DNA of 64,000 bases, from NCBI GenBank assembly GCA_038882955.1, contig JAVZNC010000001.1, positions 160,001-224,000 on the forward strand. Direction: 5' to 3'. How positions within the stretch are numbered: position 1 is the stretch's first letter; every line of letters starts with the position of its first letter. Below the pieces are notes generated by a model. That model searched no databases and was not told where the DNA came from. It was given only the letters and a program-made list of their open reading frames with translations. This document shows positions 49,811 to 59,626 of the stretch, one piece after another. This stretch comes from Candidatus Bathyarchaeia archaeon. GTDB taxonomy: Archaea; Thermoproteota; Bathyarchaeia; Bathyarchaeales; Bathycorpusculaceae. Both the position numbers and the translations under genes were made by a program.

Positions 49811-50240
49811 GCTTAGGAAAACCAGAAAGAAACGCGGTTCAAGAACATGTGGCTACGGAAGAGTAGGACAGCATAGAAAAACTGGCTCTAAGGGATATCG
49901 CAAGGCTGGGAGACACAAGCACGGATGGAGCTACGTTATAAAATACGAGCCGGAATACTTTGGTAAAAAGGGGTTCACCTCGCCAAAAAGCCTCAGAAAA
50001 AAGGAGAAAGTCATAAACGTTGGAGAACTCGATGAAATAGCCGAAAAAATGGCGCAATCAAAGGATGAAGAAAAAATATTCATAGACTTAGAGAGTTTGG
50101 GTTACACTAAACTTTTGGGCTCTGGCAGGGTGACGAAACCACTTAAAGTGAAAATTGCAGCTTGTTCAAGCTCCGCGGCTGAAAAGATAAAAGAGGCTGG
50201 CGGAGAAATTATAACAGCAAGCGAAGAACAAGTGGAATAG
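49800..50240 (+). CDS. rpl15: 50S ribosomal protein L15
   Basis: RGSRTCGYG, FGKKGF, KLLGSG. Confidence 0.95.
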   Translation: MPHKLRKTRKKRGSRTCGYGRVGQHRKTGSKGYRKAGRHKHGWSYVIKYEPEYFGKKGFTSPKSLRKKEKVINVGELDEIAEKMAQSKDEEKIFIDLESLGYTKLLGSGRVTKPLKVKIAACSSSAAEKIKEAGGEIITASEEQVE

Positions 50241-50252
50241 GGCTGTTAAACA

Positions 50253-51686
50253 ATGGCTGGAAGATTCCTAAACGCATTCAAGCCAATTGCAAGAATTATA
50301 CCAGAAATTAAGGTTCCAGAAAGAAGAGTACGCTTCAACGAAAAGCTGTTCTGGACAGCGCTCGCGGCAATAATATACCTAGTAATGGCTGAAGTCCCAC
50401 TCTTCGGCGTCCAAAGTACAGCCCTAGGAGAACTTGCAGCATTAAGAATAATCTTCGCATCAAACCGCGGCACACTAGCAGAGTTAGGCATAGGTCCAAT
50501 AGTTACCGGCGGGCTAATACTGCAACTTTTGGCCGGCTCAGCAATGATAGAATGCGACATGTCAAAACCAGAGGACAGACAAATGTTTACAATCGCAAGC
50601 AAAGTGTTCGCAATAGTATTAACTGGCGTCCAAGCATCAGCCTACATAATTGGCGGGATGTACGGCACATTACAACCATCAATGGCTATAATAGTGTTCC
50701 TACAACTTTTAGCGGCTGGAATCATAATCTTACTCCTAGATGAACTCATACAAAAGGGCTGGGGCTTCGGCAGCGGAATAAGCCTATTCATATTGGCAGG
50801 CGTTGCACAACGCATATTCTGGGACTGCTTCGCTGTAACAGCGCCGGTAGATGAATTTGGAAGCACAGGCTTTTTTGTAGCTTTATTCCAAACAATATCA
50901 AGCGGACAGCCCATAACTGGACTCTTGGTAAGGGGGCAGTACCCTTCAATGCTAGGTTTCATAGCAACAATCGCCGCCTTCCTAATTATAATCTACGCTG
51001 AAGGAGTAAGAGTGGAACTGCCACTTTCCTATGCGGGTTATAAGGGGTTCCGCAGCCGCTACCCAATAAAACTCCTTTATGTGTCAAACCTGCCAGTGAT
51101 ATTTGCTTCAGCGCTATTCGCAAACATATACTTCTTCTCACAACTTTTCTGGAGCTTCTACAACAGAAACAACGAAATATTCTGGTTCAACCTACTAGGC
51201 ACATTTTCACCAGTATATAACAGTGAAGGCACCCTAACTGGTTATAGACCTTCAGGCGGCTTAGTGTACTATGTAACTTCGCCTGGAAATTTTGCCACGG
51301 CTATGGAAGACCCAATAAGGACAATTGGTTATATAGCAATTCTGGTGGCTTTCTGTGTAGTTTTTTCGCTTACATGGCTTGAGGTTGGTGGGCTTGGCCC
51401 ATCCACTGTCGCCAAGCAGCTTGTTGACGCTGGCATGCAGATTCCAGGTTATAGGCGTTCTGAAAAGGCTGTGGAGTCAATCTTGAAACGCTACATTCCA
51501 ACAGTCACTGTTCTAGGCGGAATAATCGTTGGGTTGATTGCTGGAGCTTCAGACATATTCGGCGTTTTCGGTTCTGGAATAGGCATACTGCTTTCTGTTG
51601 GCATAATCTACCAGTACTACGAGATTTTGACACGTGAAAGAGTCTCGGAAATGTATCCAGCGTTTAGAAGAATATTCGGCGAATAA
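50253..51686 (+). CDS. secY: Preprotein translocase SecY
   Basis: ELGIGPIVT, GSGISLFI, YPIKLLYVSNLPVI, IPGYR. Confidence 0.96.
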   Translation: MAGRFLNAFKPIARIIPEIKVPERRVRFNEKLFWTALAAIIYLVMAEVPLFGVQSTALGELAALRIIFASNRGTLAELGIGPIVTGGLILQLLAGSAMIECDMSKPEDRQMFTIASKVFAIVLTGVQASAYIIGGMYGTLQPSMAIIVFLQLLAAGIIILLLDELIQKGWGFGSGISLFILAGVAQRIFWDCFAVTAPVDEFGSTGFFVALFQTISSGQPITGLLVRGQYPSMLGFIATIAAFLIIIYAEGVRVELPLSYAGYKGFRSRYPIKLLYVSNLPVIFASALFANIYFFSQLFWSFYNRNNEIFWFNLLGTFSPVYNSEGTLTGYRPSGGLVYYVTSPGNFATAMEDPIRTIGYIAILVAFCVVFSLTWLEVGGLGPSTVAKQLVDAGMQIPGYRRSEKAVESILKRYIPTVTVLGGIIVGLIAGASDIFGVFGSGIGILLSVGIIYQYYEILTRERVSEMYPAFRRIFGE

Positions 51687-51774
51687 CCATTTCGGCACGT
51701 TTTAAATTCGCAGTGTGCCAGCAATAATAGTTATTAGGCTGAAAGTAAAACAAAAAAGAAAAGGATGCTGCAAA

Positions 51775-52230
51775 ATGTCAGAAGCCCTAATTCCACAAGC
51801 CACACTCATTGTAATGCTAATATGCATGGCAATATCATTTACAAGCTCATCCATCAACCGCCTACTTATAGGCAGATTTGTCGGTTGGGAACAATATAGA
51901 CGAATGCAAAAAGAGATTGCAGAATACCGTTCCCAAACATCCATGGCGATACGCACCAAAGACAAGAAACTCCTTGAAAAATTGAAGAAAAAAGAACCCC
52001 AAATCTTGAGTATGCAAGCAAAAATGGCTAAACCACAGATGATTCTATTTGGATTCTCTTTCAGCTATATCTTCATTTGGTGGTTTGTGCTAATACCATT
52101 ATATGGAACGGAAACCTTAGCGTATATTCCAGGAATCATGCCAATTTCCGTAGTTTGGTGGTACTTCATCTGTTCATTCTTCTTCGGCACAATTTTTAAC
52201 AGGTTGTTGGGCATAATGCCAATAGAATAA
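51775..52230 (+). CDS. DUF106/EMC3 (Oxa1 superfamily) membrane protein
   Basis: TM-coiled coil-TM layout, WWYFICSF, conserved position after secY. Confidence 0.8.
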   Translation: MSEALIPQATLIVMLICMAISFTSSSINRLLIGRFVGWEQYRRMQKEIAEYRSQTSMAIRTKDKKLLEKLKKKEPQILSMQAKMAKPQMILFGFSFSYIFIWWFVLIPLYGTETLAYIPGIMPISVVWWYFICSFFFGTIFNRLLGIMPIE

Positions 52231-52246
52231 GGAGGGCAGCGTCAAA

Positions 52247-52516
52247 ATGCCTCAACCTCACCTGCGAACAAGAAGCGAAAAACGATTAACAGTAGCACTG
52301 CCAGGCGGCAGAAACAAAACACATTACAAAAATGAGTTGACAACAACACCAACATGCGTCTTATGCAAAAAACCATTGGCAGGAATCCCACATCTAACAA
52401 CAGTTAAAATACGCAAACTCAACAGGACAAAAAGAAGAATATGGCGCCTACACGGCGGAAAAATATGCCACAACTGCCTAAAAAACGCCTTAAAACAAGC
52501 AGCAAGAGCAATTTAA
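52247..52516 (+). CDS. rpl34e: 50S ribosomal protein L34e
   Basis: LPGG, CVLCKKPLAG, GGKICHNCL. Confidence 0.88.
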   Translation: MPQPHLRTRSEKRLTVALPGGRNKTHYKNELTTTPTCVLCKKPLAGIPHLTTVKIRKLNRTKRRIWRLHGGKICHNCLKNALKQAARAI

Positions 52517-52537
52517 GCGGCTTCGAGGCTAAAAAGG

Positions 52538-53149
52538 ATGAGGAAAGGCAGAAAAGCAAAAAATGAGGAAACTATAATTATCTGTGTTTGCGGATTAGCT
52601 GGAAGCGGAAAAAGCACACTTGCAAAAAAAATAGCTGAAAAATACGGTTTAACATATTACTCAGGCGGAGACGCGCTGAAAGCCTTAGCCATAGAAGAGG
52701 GCTACAAGCCATCTACACGTGGATGGTGGGAAAAAACAGAGGGAATGCGTTTCCTAGAAAGACGAGGAAAAGACCCGAAATTTGATAAAATGGTTGACGC
52801 GAAACTTTTGGAACTTGCGAAGAAAGGAAACGTAGTCCTAGACAGTTGGACGATGCCGTGGCTACTCGAAAAGGGGTTCAAAATATGGCTTGAAGCTTCG
52901 CCACGTAAAAGGGCCGAAAGAATTGCAAAAAGGGATGGAATAAGCATTGAAGAAGCCCTAGAAGCTTTAGAAAATAAAGAAAAGCAAACAAAGGAAATAT
53001 ATAAGCGACTTTATGGCTTTAGCCTTGGAGAAGATTTTGCGCCATTTCACCTAATTTTAGATACTGAAAATCTCGGGGCTGAGGAGGTTTTCCAAACCCT
53101 CTGCAGCGTAATAGATAACATGGTTCTTCGAAAAAGAGGAAAAGAATAG
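52538..53149 (+). CDS. cmk: Cytidylate kinase
   Basis: P-loop GLAGSGKST; conserved position after L34e. Confidence 0.88.
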   Translation: MRKGRKAKNEETIIICVCGLAGSGKSTLAKKIAEKYGLTYYSGGDALKALAIEEGYKPSTRGWWEKTEGMRFLERRGKDPKFDKMVDAKLLELAKKGNVVLDSWTMPWLLEKGFKIWLEASPRKRAERIAKRDGISIEEALEALENKEKQTKEIYKRLYGFSLGEDFAPFHLILDTENLGAEEVFQTLCSVIDNMVLRKRGKE

Positions 53150-53294
53150 CACCGTTTAGTACATTCATGAAGAATTGCGCAAATTTTAAAAACTTGAATA
53201 ATTTTCTAGTTTTGTCTTCTAGAATTAAATTCTAAAAATTACGGGGGAGGGAACAATAATCAAGTGCAAAAAGGCGATAGCAGTCGCAGCTTCA

Positions 53295-53630
53295 GTGATA
53301 GGAAGCGCTTTATCCCTGTTTCTATCAGCAACTTTCATAAACACGGAATCAGCGATTATGCTTGCCGTTTTTAACGCACTCTTTGTTACTTTAACATTTT
53401 ACTTAGAAGGCTCTGGAACACGTAAAGCCTCTCTCATACTTTTAGGTAACGCCTGCGGTTTCTGTTGGAATTACCTTTTCTTTCTCTTCTCCTACTTTGG
53501 AGCGTATTATATGGGAGAACCTTTCAAAATTTTATACGCACTTACCAACCCATTCCTAAATATAATGTGGACCGTTTTCTTTTGGTCAATAAGCCTAACA
53601 GCACTATCAAGAAAGGGCGAAGTCGCTTGA
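53295..53630 (+). CDS. Small multi-TM membrane protein
   Basis: Hydrophobic; TGATG coupling to the GT2 gene. Confidence 0.65.
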   Translation: MIGSALSLFLSATFINTESAIMLAVFNALFVTLTFYLEGSGTRKASLILLGNACGFCWNYLFFLFSYFGAYYMGEPFKILYALTNPFLNIMWTVFFWSISLTALSRKGEVA

Positions 53631-54925
53631 TGACTGAAATTTTAGAAGCTTTGTTCATTGTTTTCGCAATTTTAATGACAGCCTATCTTGTAAGACACTA
53701 TATTTTCACATTAACCGTTTTGAAAAATGCGAGCAAACACCAAAGAGCCACTAACAACAGTGAGATGAACCATCCCAAAGTTTCGATATTGATTCCAGCA
53801 CGCAACGAAGAAAATGTCATCAGAAGAATACTTCAAAGAATGACAGAGCTAACTTACCCAAAGAATAAAATGGAAGTAATAATTATCAACGATGCATCAA
53901 CAGACAAAACTGGCGCAATAGCAAAACAGTACACAGCAACGTACAGCTACATCAAGGTTATACACAGAAGCGAAAAAGAGGGCGGAAAGGGAAAAGCATC
54001 AGCATTAAACGCTGGCTTAGCGCAATCAAGCGGCGAATTCATCTTCTGTTTCGACGCGGACTACTACCCGCAACATGACATAATTGAAAAACTTGTAAAG
54101 GAATTTGCAGATCCAACCGTTGGAATAGTGCAAGGAAGAATCACGGTTCTAAACGAACCACAAAACGTTGTAACAAGACTCGTCTCGCTAGAAAGGATAG
54201 GCGGATACAGAATCGACCAAGAAGCAAGAAATGATTTGGGGCTTATCCCACAATTCGGAGGAACCGTAGGCGGAATAAGACGCGATTTGCTTGAGTTTTT
54301 GGGCGGATGGGACGAAAACATGCTCGCAGAAGACACGGACTTAACTTTTCGCGCCTACCTTGCAGGCTATAAGGTGCGTTATGTAAATGAGGCAGAATGT
54401 TATGAAGAGGCTGTTGAAAGCTGGCAAACCTATTGGAAGCAACGGTACAGATGGGCCAAGGGACACATGCAATGCGCCTTCAAACACACGCTGAACATTT
54501 TAAAAAGCAAAAATTTGAATTTAAAAGAAAAAATTGACGGTTTCCTCCTTCTAAACGTGTATTTCATGCCGATAATTGTACTATTCTCACTCATCATAGG
54601 AGCTACGCTGTTCATACTTAAACAACAACCACCACCCATACTCTGGTCGACAATTCCCATCTCAATCTACAGTTTTGTAGGAAACTTCGCCCCATTTTTC
54701 GAAGTTGGAATAGGAACGTACCTTGACGGGAGAACAAGAGCACATTGGCTTCTCCCACTCCTAGTTTTCGCCTTCATATATAACATACCCATATGCACGA
54801 AGGCGCTGGTAGACCTGTGTATTGAAAAGTTGCTCAAAAAAAATGGAAATAATTGGGCGAAAACATTTCATTCTGGTAATGGAAACAGTTATATTTTGAA
54901 TCATGGCATACCATCAAAAAGATGA
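53630..54925 (+). CDS. Processive GT2 glycosyltransferase (PgaC/IcaA/cellulose synthase-like)
   Basis: PARNEE, GKASALN, DAD, AEDTD, QRYRW, TM helices; ATG at 53630. Confidence 0.88.
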   Translation: MTEILEALFIVFAILMTAYLVRHYIFTLTVLKNASKHQRATNNSEMNHPKVSILIPARNEENVIRRILQRMTELTYPKNKMEVIIINDASTDKTGAIAKQYTATYSYIKVIHRSEKEGGKGKASALNAGLAQSSGEFIFCFDADYYPQHDIIEKLVKEFADPTVGIVQGRITVLNEPQNVVTRLVSLERIGGYRIDQEARNDLGLIPQFGGTVGGIRRDLLEFLGGWDENMLAEDTDLTFRAYLAGYKVRYVNEAECYEEAVESWQTYWKQRYRWAKGHMQCAFKHTLNILKSKNLNLKEKIDGFLLLNVYFMPIIVLFSLIIGATLFILKQQPPPILWSTIPISIYSFVGNFAPFFEVGIGTYLDGRTRAHWLLPLLVFAFIYNIPICTKALVDLCIEKLLKKNGNNWAKTFHSGNGNSYILNHGIPSKR

Positions 54926-55185
54926 CCGTTCCGAATCTGAACTCAACAGAATTTTCAGCGCTAATCATAGGAATTGCAACCTTCGTTTTCATAATGCTCC
55001 TACCAGCACTTATCGAAATTAAAAAACCCAAGGACGCTGGACCAAGAATAATAGAAAATTCTAACATAACCCCGCAAGCGAAGGAAAAACAACTTTTCAA
55101 CATGGAAGAAGAGCATCATTTTGACCAACAATTAACAAGGAAAGTTGCAGGAATACTCAGCTTTTTGTACAATTTGGAAACCTAA
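54922..55185 (+). CDS. Single-TM small protein
   Basis: One TM helix; ATGA overlap with the GT2 stop. Confidence 0.6.
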   Translation: MTVPNLNSTEFSALIIGIATFVFIMLLPALIEIKKPKDAGPRIIENSNITPQAKEKQLFNMEEEHHFDQQLTRKVAGILSFLYNLET

Positions 55186-56225
55186 TCTCTCTTCAAAAAA
55201 AGTTTTGCGCTCCGCCACCTATCTCTAGCTATCTGCATGTTGCCAACGACGCTTCCATGAATAGAATAGAAAATATAACAAAGATAGGTACAATCACGGC
55301 ACTTGCTGTAGGTTTCCCTCAAGTAATCAAACTTTTTGCTGCTCCAAACCTTCGGTAACTCAAAAATTGAGGCAACAGGCTTGTGAAGGTGACAACCAGA
55401 AACCTCGCCTAGATGGTTTACCACAAAAAAACTCCGCAAAGCGCGGCATCTCCATGTTCTTTTACCAGTCGCATAAAGGGATTTAATCGCCTCCAAAACC
55501 TTAGTTGTCATTAGAATCTTGCCGTTTTTATGCTTCAAATCTGCTAGAGAATCGCATAATTCAACCATAGCCTTATTATCCTCTATAATAAACTCGTCGT
55601 TAGCTTTACCTATGCCAAAAAGCGAACTCGCTTGGTCTGAAAGGTCAAAAGAGTATAGGCAATACCATAATGGAATATCCTTTTCCAAGAAGTATTTAGT
55701 GAGATCCATGATTTCATAAAGGTTAAACTGCGAAATTGTTGGCGAAACACTTACGTTAATTCCTTCGCTACGCAGTTTTTCAACAGCTTCCACAGCTTTT
55801 TTCCATGAACCCTTAACACCTTTAATAACATCGTTCTTCTCTGGGTCTAGACTGTCTAGTGAAATTGCAACAAAATCCGCGTTACGCAAGGCGTCAATTC
55901 TTTCCGCCGCCATACTCCCATTATCATAAACCGTCGTTATGAAAAAGCGAGACGCATACTCAATGATTTCGTCAATGTCCGATCTCAAAAGCGGATTGCC
56001 ACCGGATATCACGATTTCTAAAACGCCAAGTTTTCGGAGAATATCTAAGCCACGTTTAATTTCTTCCGTAGATAACTCCTTTGTGTCTCGTTCTCTCCAA
56101 ACGTTGCACCCCGCGCATTGATAGTTGCATCTTCTTGTAACCATCCATTGCACGTGGTATGGTCTGTTCGGAGTTAATGCTCTGGACATTACGCTTAACG
56201 CTTTTCTAGGGGACATCGACGGCAA
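55182..56225 (-). CDS. Radical SAM protein with C-terminal SPASM/twitch-like Cys
   Basis: CNYQCAGC, SGGNPLLR, ISLDS, C-terminal C...GC...CRDCTYLC. Confidence 0.88.
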   Translation of the reverse strand: MPSMSPRKALSVMSRALTPNRPYHVQWMVTRRCNYQCAGCNVWRERDTKELSTEEIKRGLDILRKLGVLEIVISGGNPLLRSDIDEIIEYASRFFITTVYDNGSMAAERIDALRNADFVAISLDSLDPEKNDVIKGVKGSWKKAVEAVEKLRSEGINVSVSPTISQFNLYEIMDLTKYFLEKDIPLWYCLYSFDLSDQASSLFGIGKANDEFIIEDNKAMVELCDSLADLKHKNGKILMTTKVLEAIKSLYATGKRTWRCRALRSFFVVNHLGEVSGCHLHKPVASIFELPKVWSSKKFDYLRETYSKCRDCTYLCYIFYSIHGSVVGNMQIARDRWRSAKLFLKRD

Positions 56226-56365
56226 TTTTTACACCGCACTTTTGTCTAATTAATCGTAAAATGCTTGATTTAAATATAAACTGTTAGCAACTTGCAGCCA
56301 ATTCCACTTATCGAACAATAAAAGGTTTTAAACAGCCACAGTTCTAGATTTGTGCGTGTTAACCG

Positions 56366-57064
56366 TTGGAAACAGAAACTCTTAGGAAATTCGGCGAAGA
56401 ATACTTCGCCCACCTAAAATATCCAAAAAGGGAGAAGGCAATTAAAAGCCACGTATTGGAATTGCTCAGATGGGGATCCAAAAATTTGGGGTTAAATTTA
56501 CTTGATGGAAGCGGAAAATCTGCTTTGGATGTGGGTTGCGCTTTTGGATATGGTGTGAGCCTTCTTGCGTCGCTTGGTTATGAGGCTGTAGGTGTGGATG
56601 TGTCAAAGTTTGGCGTGAGGCAAGCCAAAAAAAGGAATAGGGCAAATGATTTTGCCATTTGCGATGTGCAGTGGAATCTCCCATTCAAAAGGAAATTTGA
56701 TTTGGTGATATGCCTTGAAGTTTTGGAGCACCTCCAAAATCCCCTTCTAGCACTGCAAAACATGTATGACGTTTGTGATGACATAATCCTTTGTACAACA
56801 CCAAACAAAACAGTCGAACGGATTGTAAAGAAAATTTTAAAGGATTTTGACAAGACGCACGTGAACGTGAAGACTCCGAGCGAGTGGGAAAGGCAAATCA
56901 AAAATGCTTTAGGGGACAGCCTTGTCAAAGTTGAATGCTTTGTGGACTTTACTTTTAGCGTAGCTGACAGATTGTTTTTTAAGTCCTTTAGGCTACCATT
57001 CGGGATGGATACGCGGATACTGATTAAAAAAAAAGGTGTATCCGATGAACAACGAGTCCATTGA
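56366..57064 (+). CDS. Class I SAM-dependent methyltransferase
   Basis: LDVGCAFG, GVDVS, EVLEHL. Confidence 0.88.
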   Translation: METETLRKFGEEYFAHLKYPKREKAIKSHVLELLRWGSKNLGLNLLDGSGKSALDVGCAFGYGVSLLASLGYEAVGVDVSKFGVRQAKKRNRANDFAICDVQWNLPFKRKFDLVICLEVLEHLQNPLLALQNMYDVCDDIILCTTPNKTVERIVKKILKDFDKTHVNVKTPSEWERQIKNALGDSLVKVECFVDFTFSVADRLFFKSFRLPFGMDTRILIKKKGVSDEQRVH

Positions 57065-57803
57065 CGTTGTTATGCTTACAAAAAACAGCGAGAGGATGCT
57101 GGAAAAATGCTTGGATTCTGTTTACAGAAATGTACCAGTTAACCGTTTGATAATTGTTGATGGCTACTCAACGGACTCAACTCTAGAAATAACAAAAAAA
57201 TTTCATGAAAAATATGGAAATGTTGTTTTAATTATGGATAATGGTACACGTGGCAGTGCGAGAATGAAGGGAATAAAGGAGGTCAAAACAGACTGGTTCA
57301 TCTTTGTTGATAGTGACGTAACCCTATGTGACGGATGGTATGAAAAAGCAAAACAGCTTATGAGCAAAGATGTTGGCGCAATCTGGGGTATAGAAATTTG
57401 GGAAGGAATACAAAACCCAAAAACACTAAAACTTTTCCTGAAAATAACGCGGAAAATTTTCGAGTTAAGAGGGGGAACACATGATTTGCTTGTGCGTTAC
57501 GACGCAATAAAGGACATAGAAATTCCGAGAGACCTACATGTGTTTGAAGACATGTTTATTAAGGAATGGATAGAGCATAAGGGTTATAGACTGGTGGCAA
57601 CTTACGACCCGTATTGCATACATTATAGACCACCAGAAACTTGGACAATAAAGGGGAGCATAAAGATACTTGCTGACAATCTTCGCTTCGGGTCTTTTCA
57701 AAAACTACCAAAACTGTTTGTTGCCTATGCTTTTTACACGGTTTATGTTCTTTACAGAAGTTTATCCCAGAAAATTGACCGCAAAACAGCGGGTAACAAA
57801 TGA
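57045..57803 (+). CDS. GT2 glycosyltransferase
   Basis: VDGYSTDST, FVDSD, ED. Confidence 0.85.
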   Translation: MNNESIDVVMLTKNSERMLEKCLDSVYRNVPVNRLIIVDGYSTDSTLEITKKFHEKYGNVVLIMDNGTRGSARMKGIKEVKTDWFIFVDSDVTLCDGWYEKAKQLMSKDVGAIWGIEIWEGIQNPKTLKLFLKITRKIFELRGGTHDLLVRYDAIKDIEIPRDLHVFEDMFIKEWIEHKGYRLVATYDPYCIHYRPPETWTIKGSIKILADNLRFGSFQKLPKLFVAYAFYTVYVLYRSLSQKIDRKTAGNK

Positions 57804-58591
57804 GTACCAAAAAGCAAGTTTCAGTTGTAATTCGAACAAGGGATAAGGAAAGATTTCTAGAAAACCTTTTAGAAAGGCTGGCTATGCAGACGCTGTCACC
57901 ATCAGAAATAATAATTGTAAACAATTATTCTTCAGAAGAGGAAAGAAGGTTTCTCGAGAACCAAGTGTCAGAGTGTTTTTGGAACTTTTTCCGAGAAAGA
58001 AAGAATGCCCTTAAAATTATCGCCTTATCAGATGCAGAGTTTTCACATGCATATTCCACAAACCTAGGCGTACATGCCGCAGAAAACGAACTAGTCTGCA
58101 TAACAAACGCGCATTCTCTCCCAACGTCGTACCATTGGCTCCAAGATGGCGCAAGACACTTCATAAATCCAAGCGTCGCAGGAGTAAGCGGCTTCTTTTT
58201 GCCACACAGCGAAGGCAAGGTTTTTGGAAATTTGGATAAACTGTTGTACTATTTTTCGCAAAAATTTGTTTTGCATCAAGACTGGTGTTCCACGATTAAC
58301 TGCATAATTAGGAAATCATTATGGCAAGTTTACCCCTTCGACGAAAACCTACCGAAAATTATACCGCAAACTCGAAGGTATGGATTGGAGGATTATGATT
58401 GGAGTAAAGAAATGATTTTCAGAGGATACAAAATAATTGTTGACCCCTCATTCAGCGTTTTTCATTCCCATGGAAAAGGCGTTGATGAAATAATAAGAAA
58501 TGTTAGGGGCTACTTTGTTTATCGGCGGTTACAGCAAAAAATAAACCAGTTAAAAAGACCTAGAAAATCCTTCAGCAAGCTCCTAGCCTAA
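57800..58591 (+). CDS. GT2 glycosyltransferase
   Basis: VSVVIRT, EIIIV, FDENL, LEDYDW, VFHSH. Confidence 0.78.
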   Translation: MSTKKQVSVVIRTRDKERFLENLLERLAMQTLSPSEIIIVNNYSSEEERRFLENQVSECFWNFFRERKNALKIIALSDAEFSHAYSTNLGVHAAENELVCITNAHSLPTSYHWLQDGARHFINPSVAGVSGFFLPHSEGKVFGNLDKLLYYFSQKFVLHQDWCSTINCIIRKSLWQVYPFDENLPKIIPQTRRYGLEDYDWSKEMIFRGYKIIVDPSFSVFHSHGKGVDEIIRNVRGYFVYRRLQQKINQLKRPRKSFSKLLA

Positions 58592-59596
58592 CTTCTCCAA
58601 TACTAGCCATAAATGGTCGCATTCTGGTCTAACCAGCTCTTTTTCGCTTCCGTCCCTGCATTTGATTAGGCGCTCACCCGTATTTGGCGAAAATTCGCCG
58701 ATAATATTTGCAGGTATTCTATTTTTCTTCAAATTCTGCAAAACAATATTAGCCGAATCTCGTTCAGCAGCAATTAAAATGCTTCCAGAGGCAATCAAGC
58801 AAAGCGGGTCAATATCAAAGAAACGGCAAATTTGAAGGGTTTCTTTGGCGACTGGAATTTTCTCTTCATAAATTTTAAAGCCAAGTTTTGAAGCATCCGC
58901 CATTTCATGTATGCCGCCGGCTACGCCGCCTTCTGTGGGGTCATGCATGGCGTGAACTGCACTTGTTTTGAAGGCAGTTAGTGCATCTTTGACAACGCTG
59001 ATTTTTTCAAAGAAATTCTTGGCGTTAGCTAACGTTTCTTCGTCAACAGCCCTTTTTAATTCTTTTTCCATGTCTGAAGCGAGGATTGCAGTTCCTTCAA
59101 TTCCAGCGCTTTTCGTCAAAATTATTTTATCTCCAGCCTTAGCGTTTCCAGCAGTCACATAATTTCCTTTTTCCGTAACCCCCATCGCACAGCCGACAAC
59201 TATTGGATGAGTCAGCTCAGGTGTTACTTCGCAGTGTCCGCCAGCAATCGCTACCCCCAAATTTTTCGCCGCAGCATCCATTTGCGTGCATATAGTCTCA
59301 AGCATTTTTCTATCAGCCCTTTCTGGAAGTAGTATGCAAGAGAAAAAGAATGCTGGTTCAACGCCAAAAGTAGCAATATCATTCGCGTTAATGTTTAAAG
59401 CCAACCAGCCTATGCGCTCTAAAGCTCCAGTAATAGGGTCCATAGAAACAATCAAGGATTTATTGCCAACATCTATAACCGTGCCATCAAATCCTATTGA
59501 AGGCCCTAAAACGACTTCTTCACGTTCAAAACCTAGGTTTTTAAAAACAACATCTTGGAGAAATTCTATAGGAATTTTCCCAAGCGGCAACTTCAT
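58583..59596 (-). CDS. PurM/AIR-synthase-fold protein (HypE/ThiL/SelD superfamily), not HypE
   Basis: DPITG, NANDIA, GGHCE, HDPTEGG, LIASGS; lacks the C-terminal PRIC. Confidence 0.85.
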   Translation of the reverse strand: MKLPLGKIPIEFLQDVVFKNLGFEREEVVLGPSIGFDGTVIDVGNKSLIVSMDPITGALERIGWLALNINANDIATFGVEPAFFFSCILLPERADRKMLETICTQMDAAAKNLGVAIAGGHCEVTPELTHPIVVGCAMGVTEKGNYVTAGNAKAGDKIILTKSAGIEGTAILASDMEKELKRAVDEETLANAKNFFEKISVVKDALTAFKTSAVHAMHDPTEGGVAGGIHEMADASKLGFKIYEEKIPVAKETLQICRFFDIDPLCLIASGSILIAAERDSANIVLQNLKKNRIPANIIGEFSPNTGERLIKCRDGSEKELVRPECDHLWLVLEKLG

Positions 59597-59626
59597 TTTT
59601 GATCCTCTGAAATATAATTTCTTGTT

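Noticed and set aside
58583-59596. Second hypE
   Set aside because: Lacks the essential C-terminal PRIC Cys; the true hypE is at 38768-39835.
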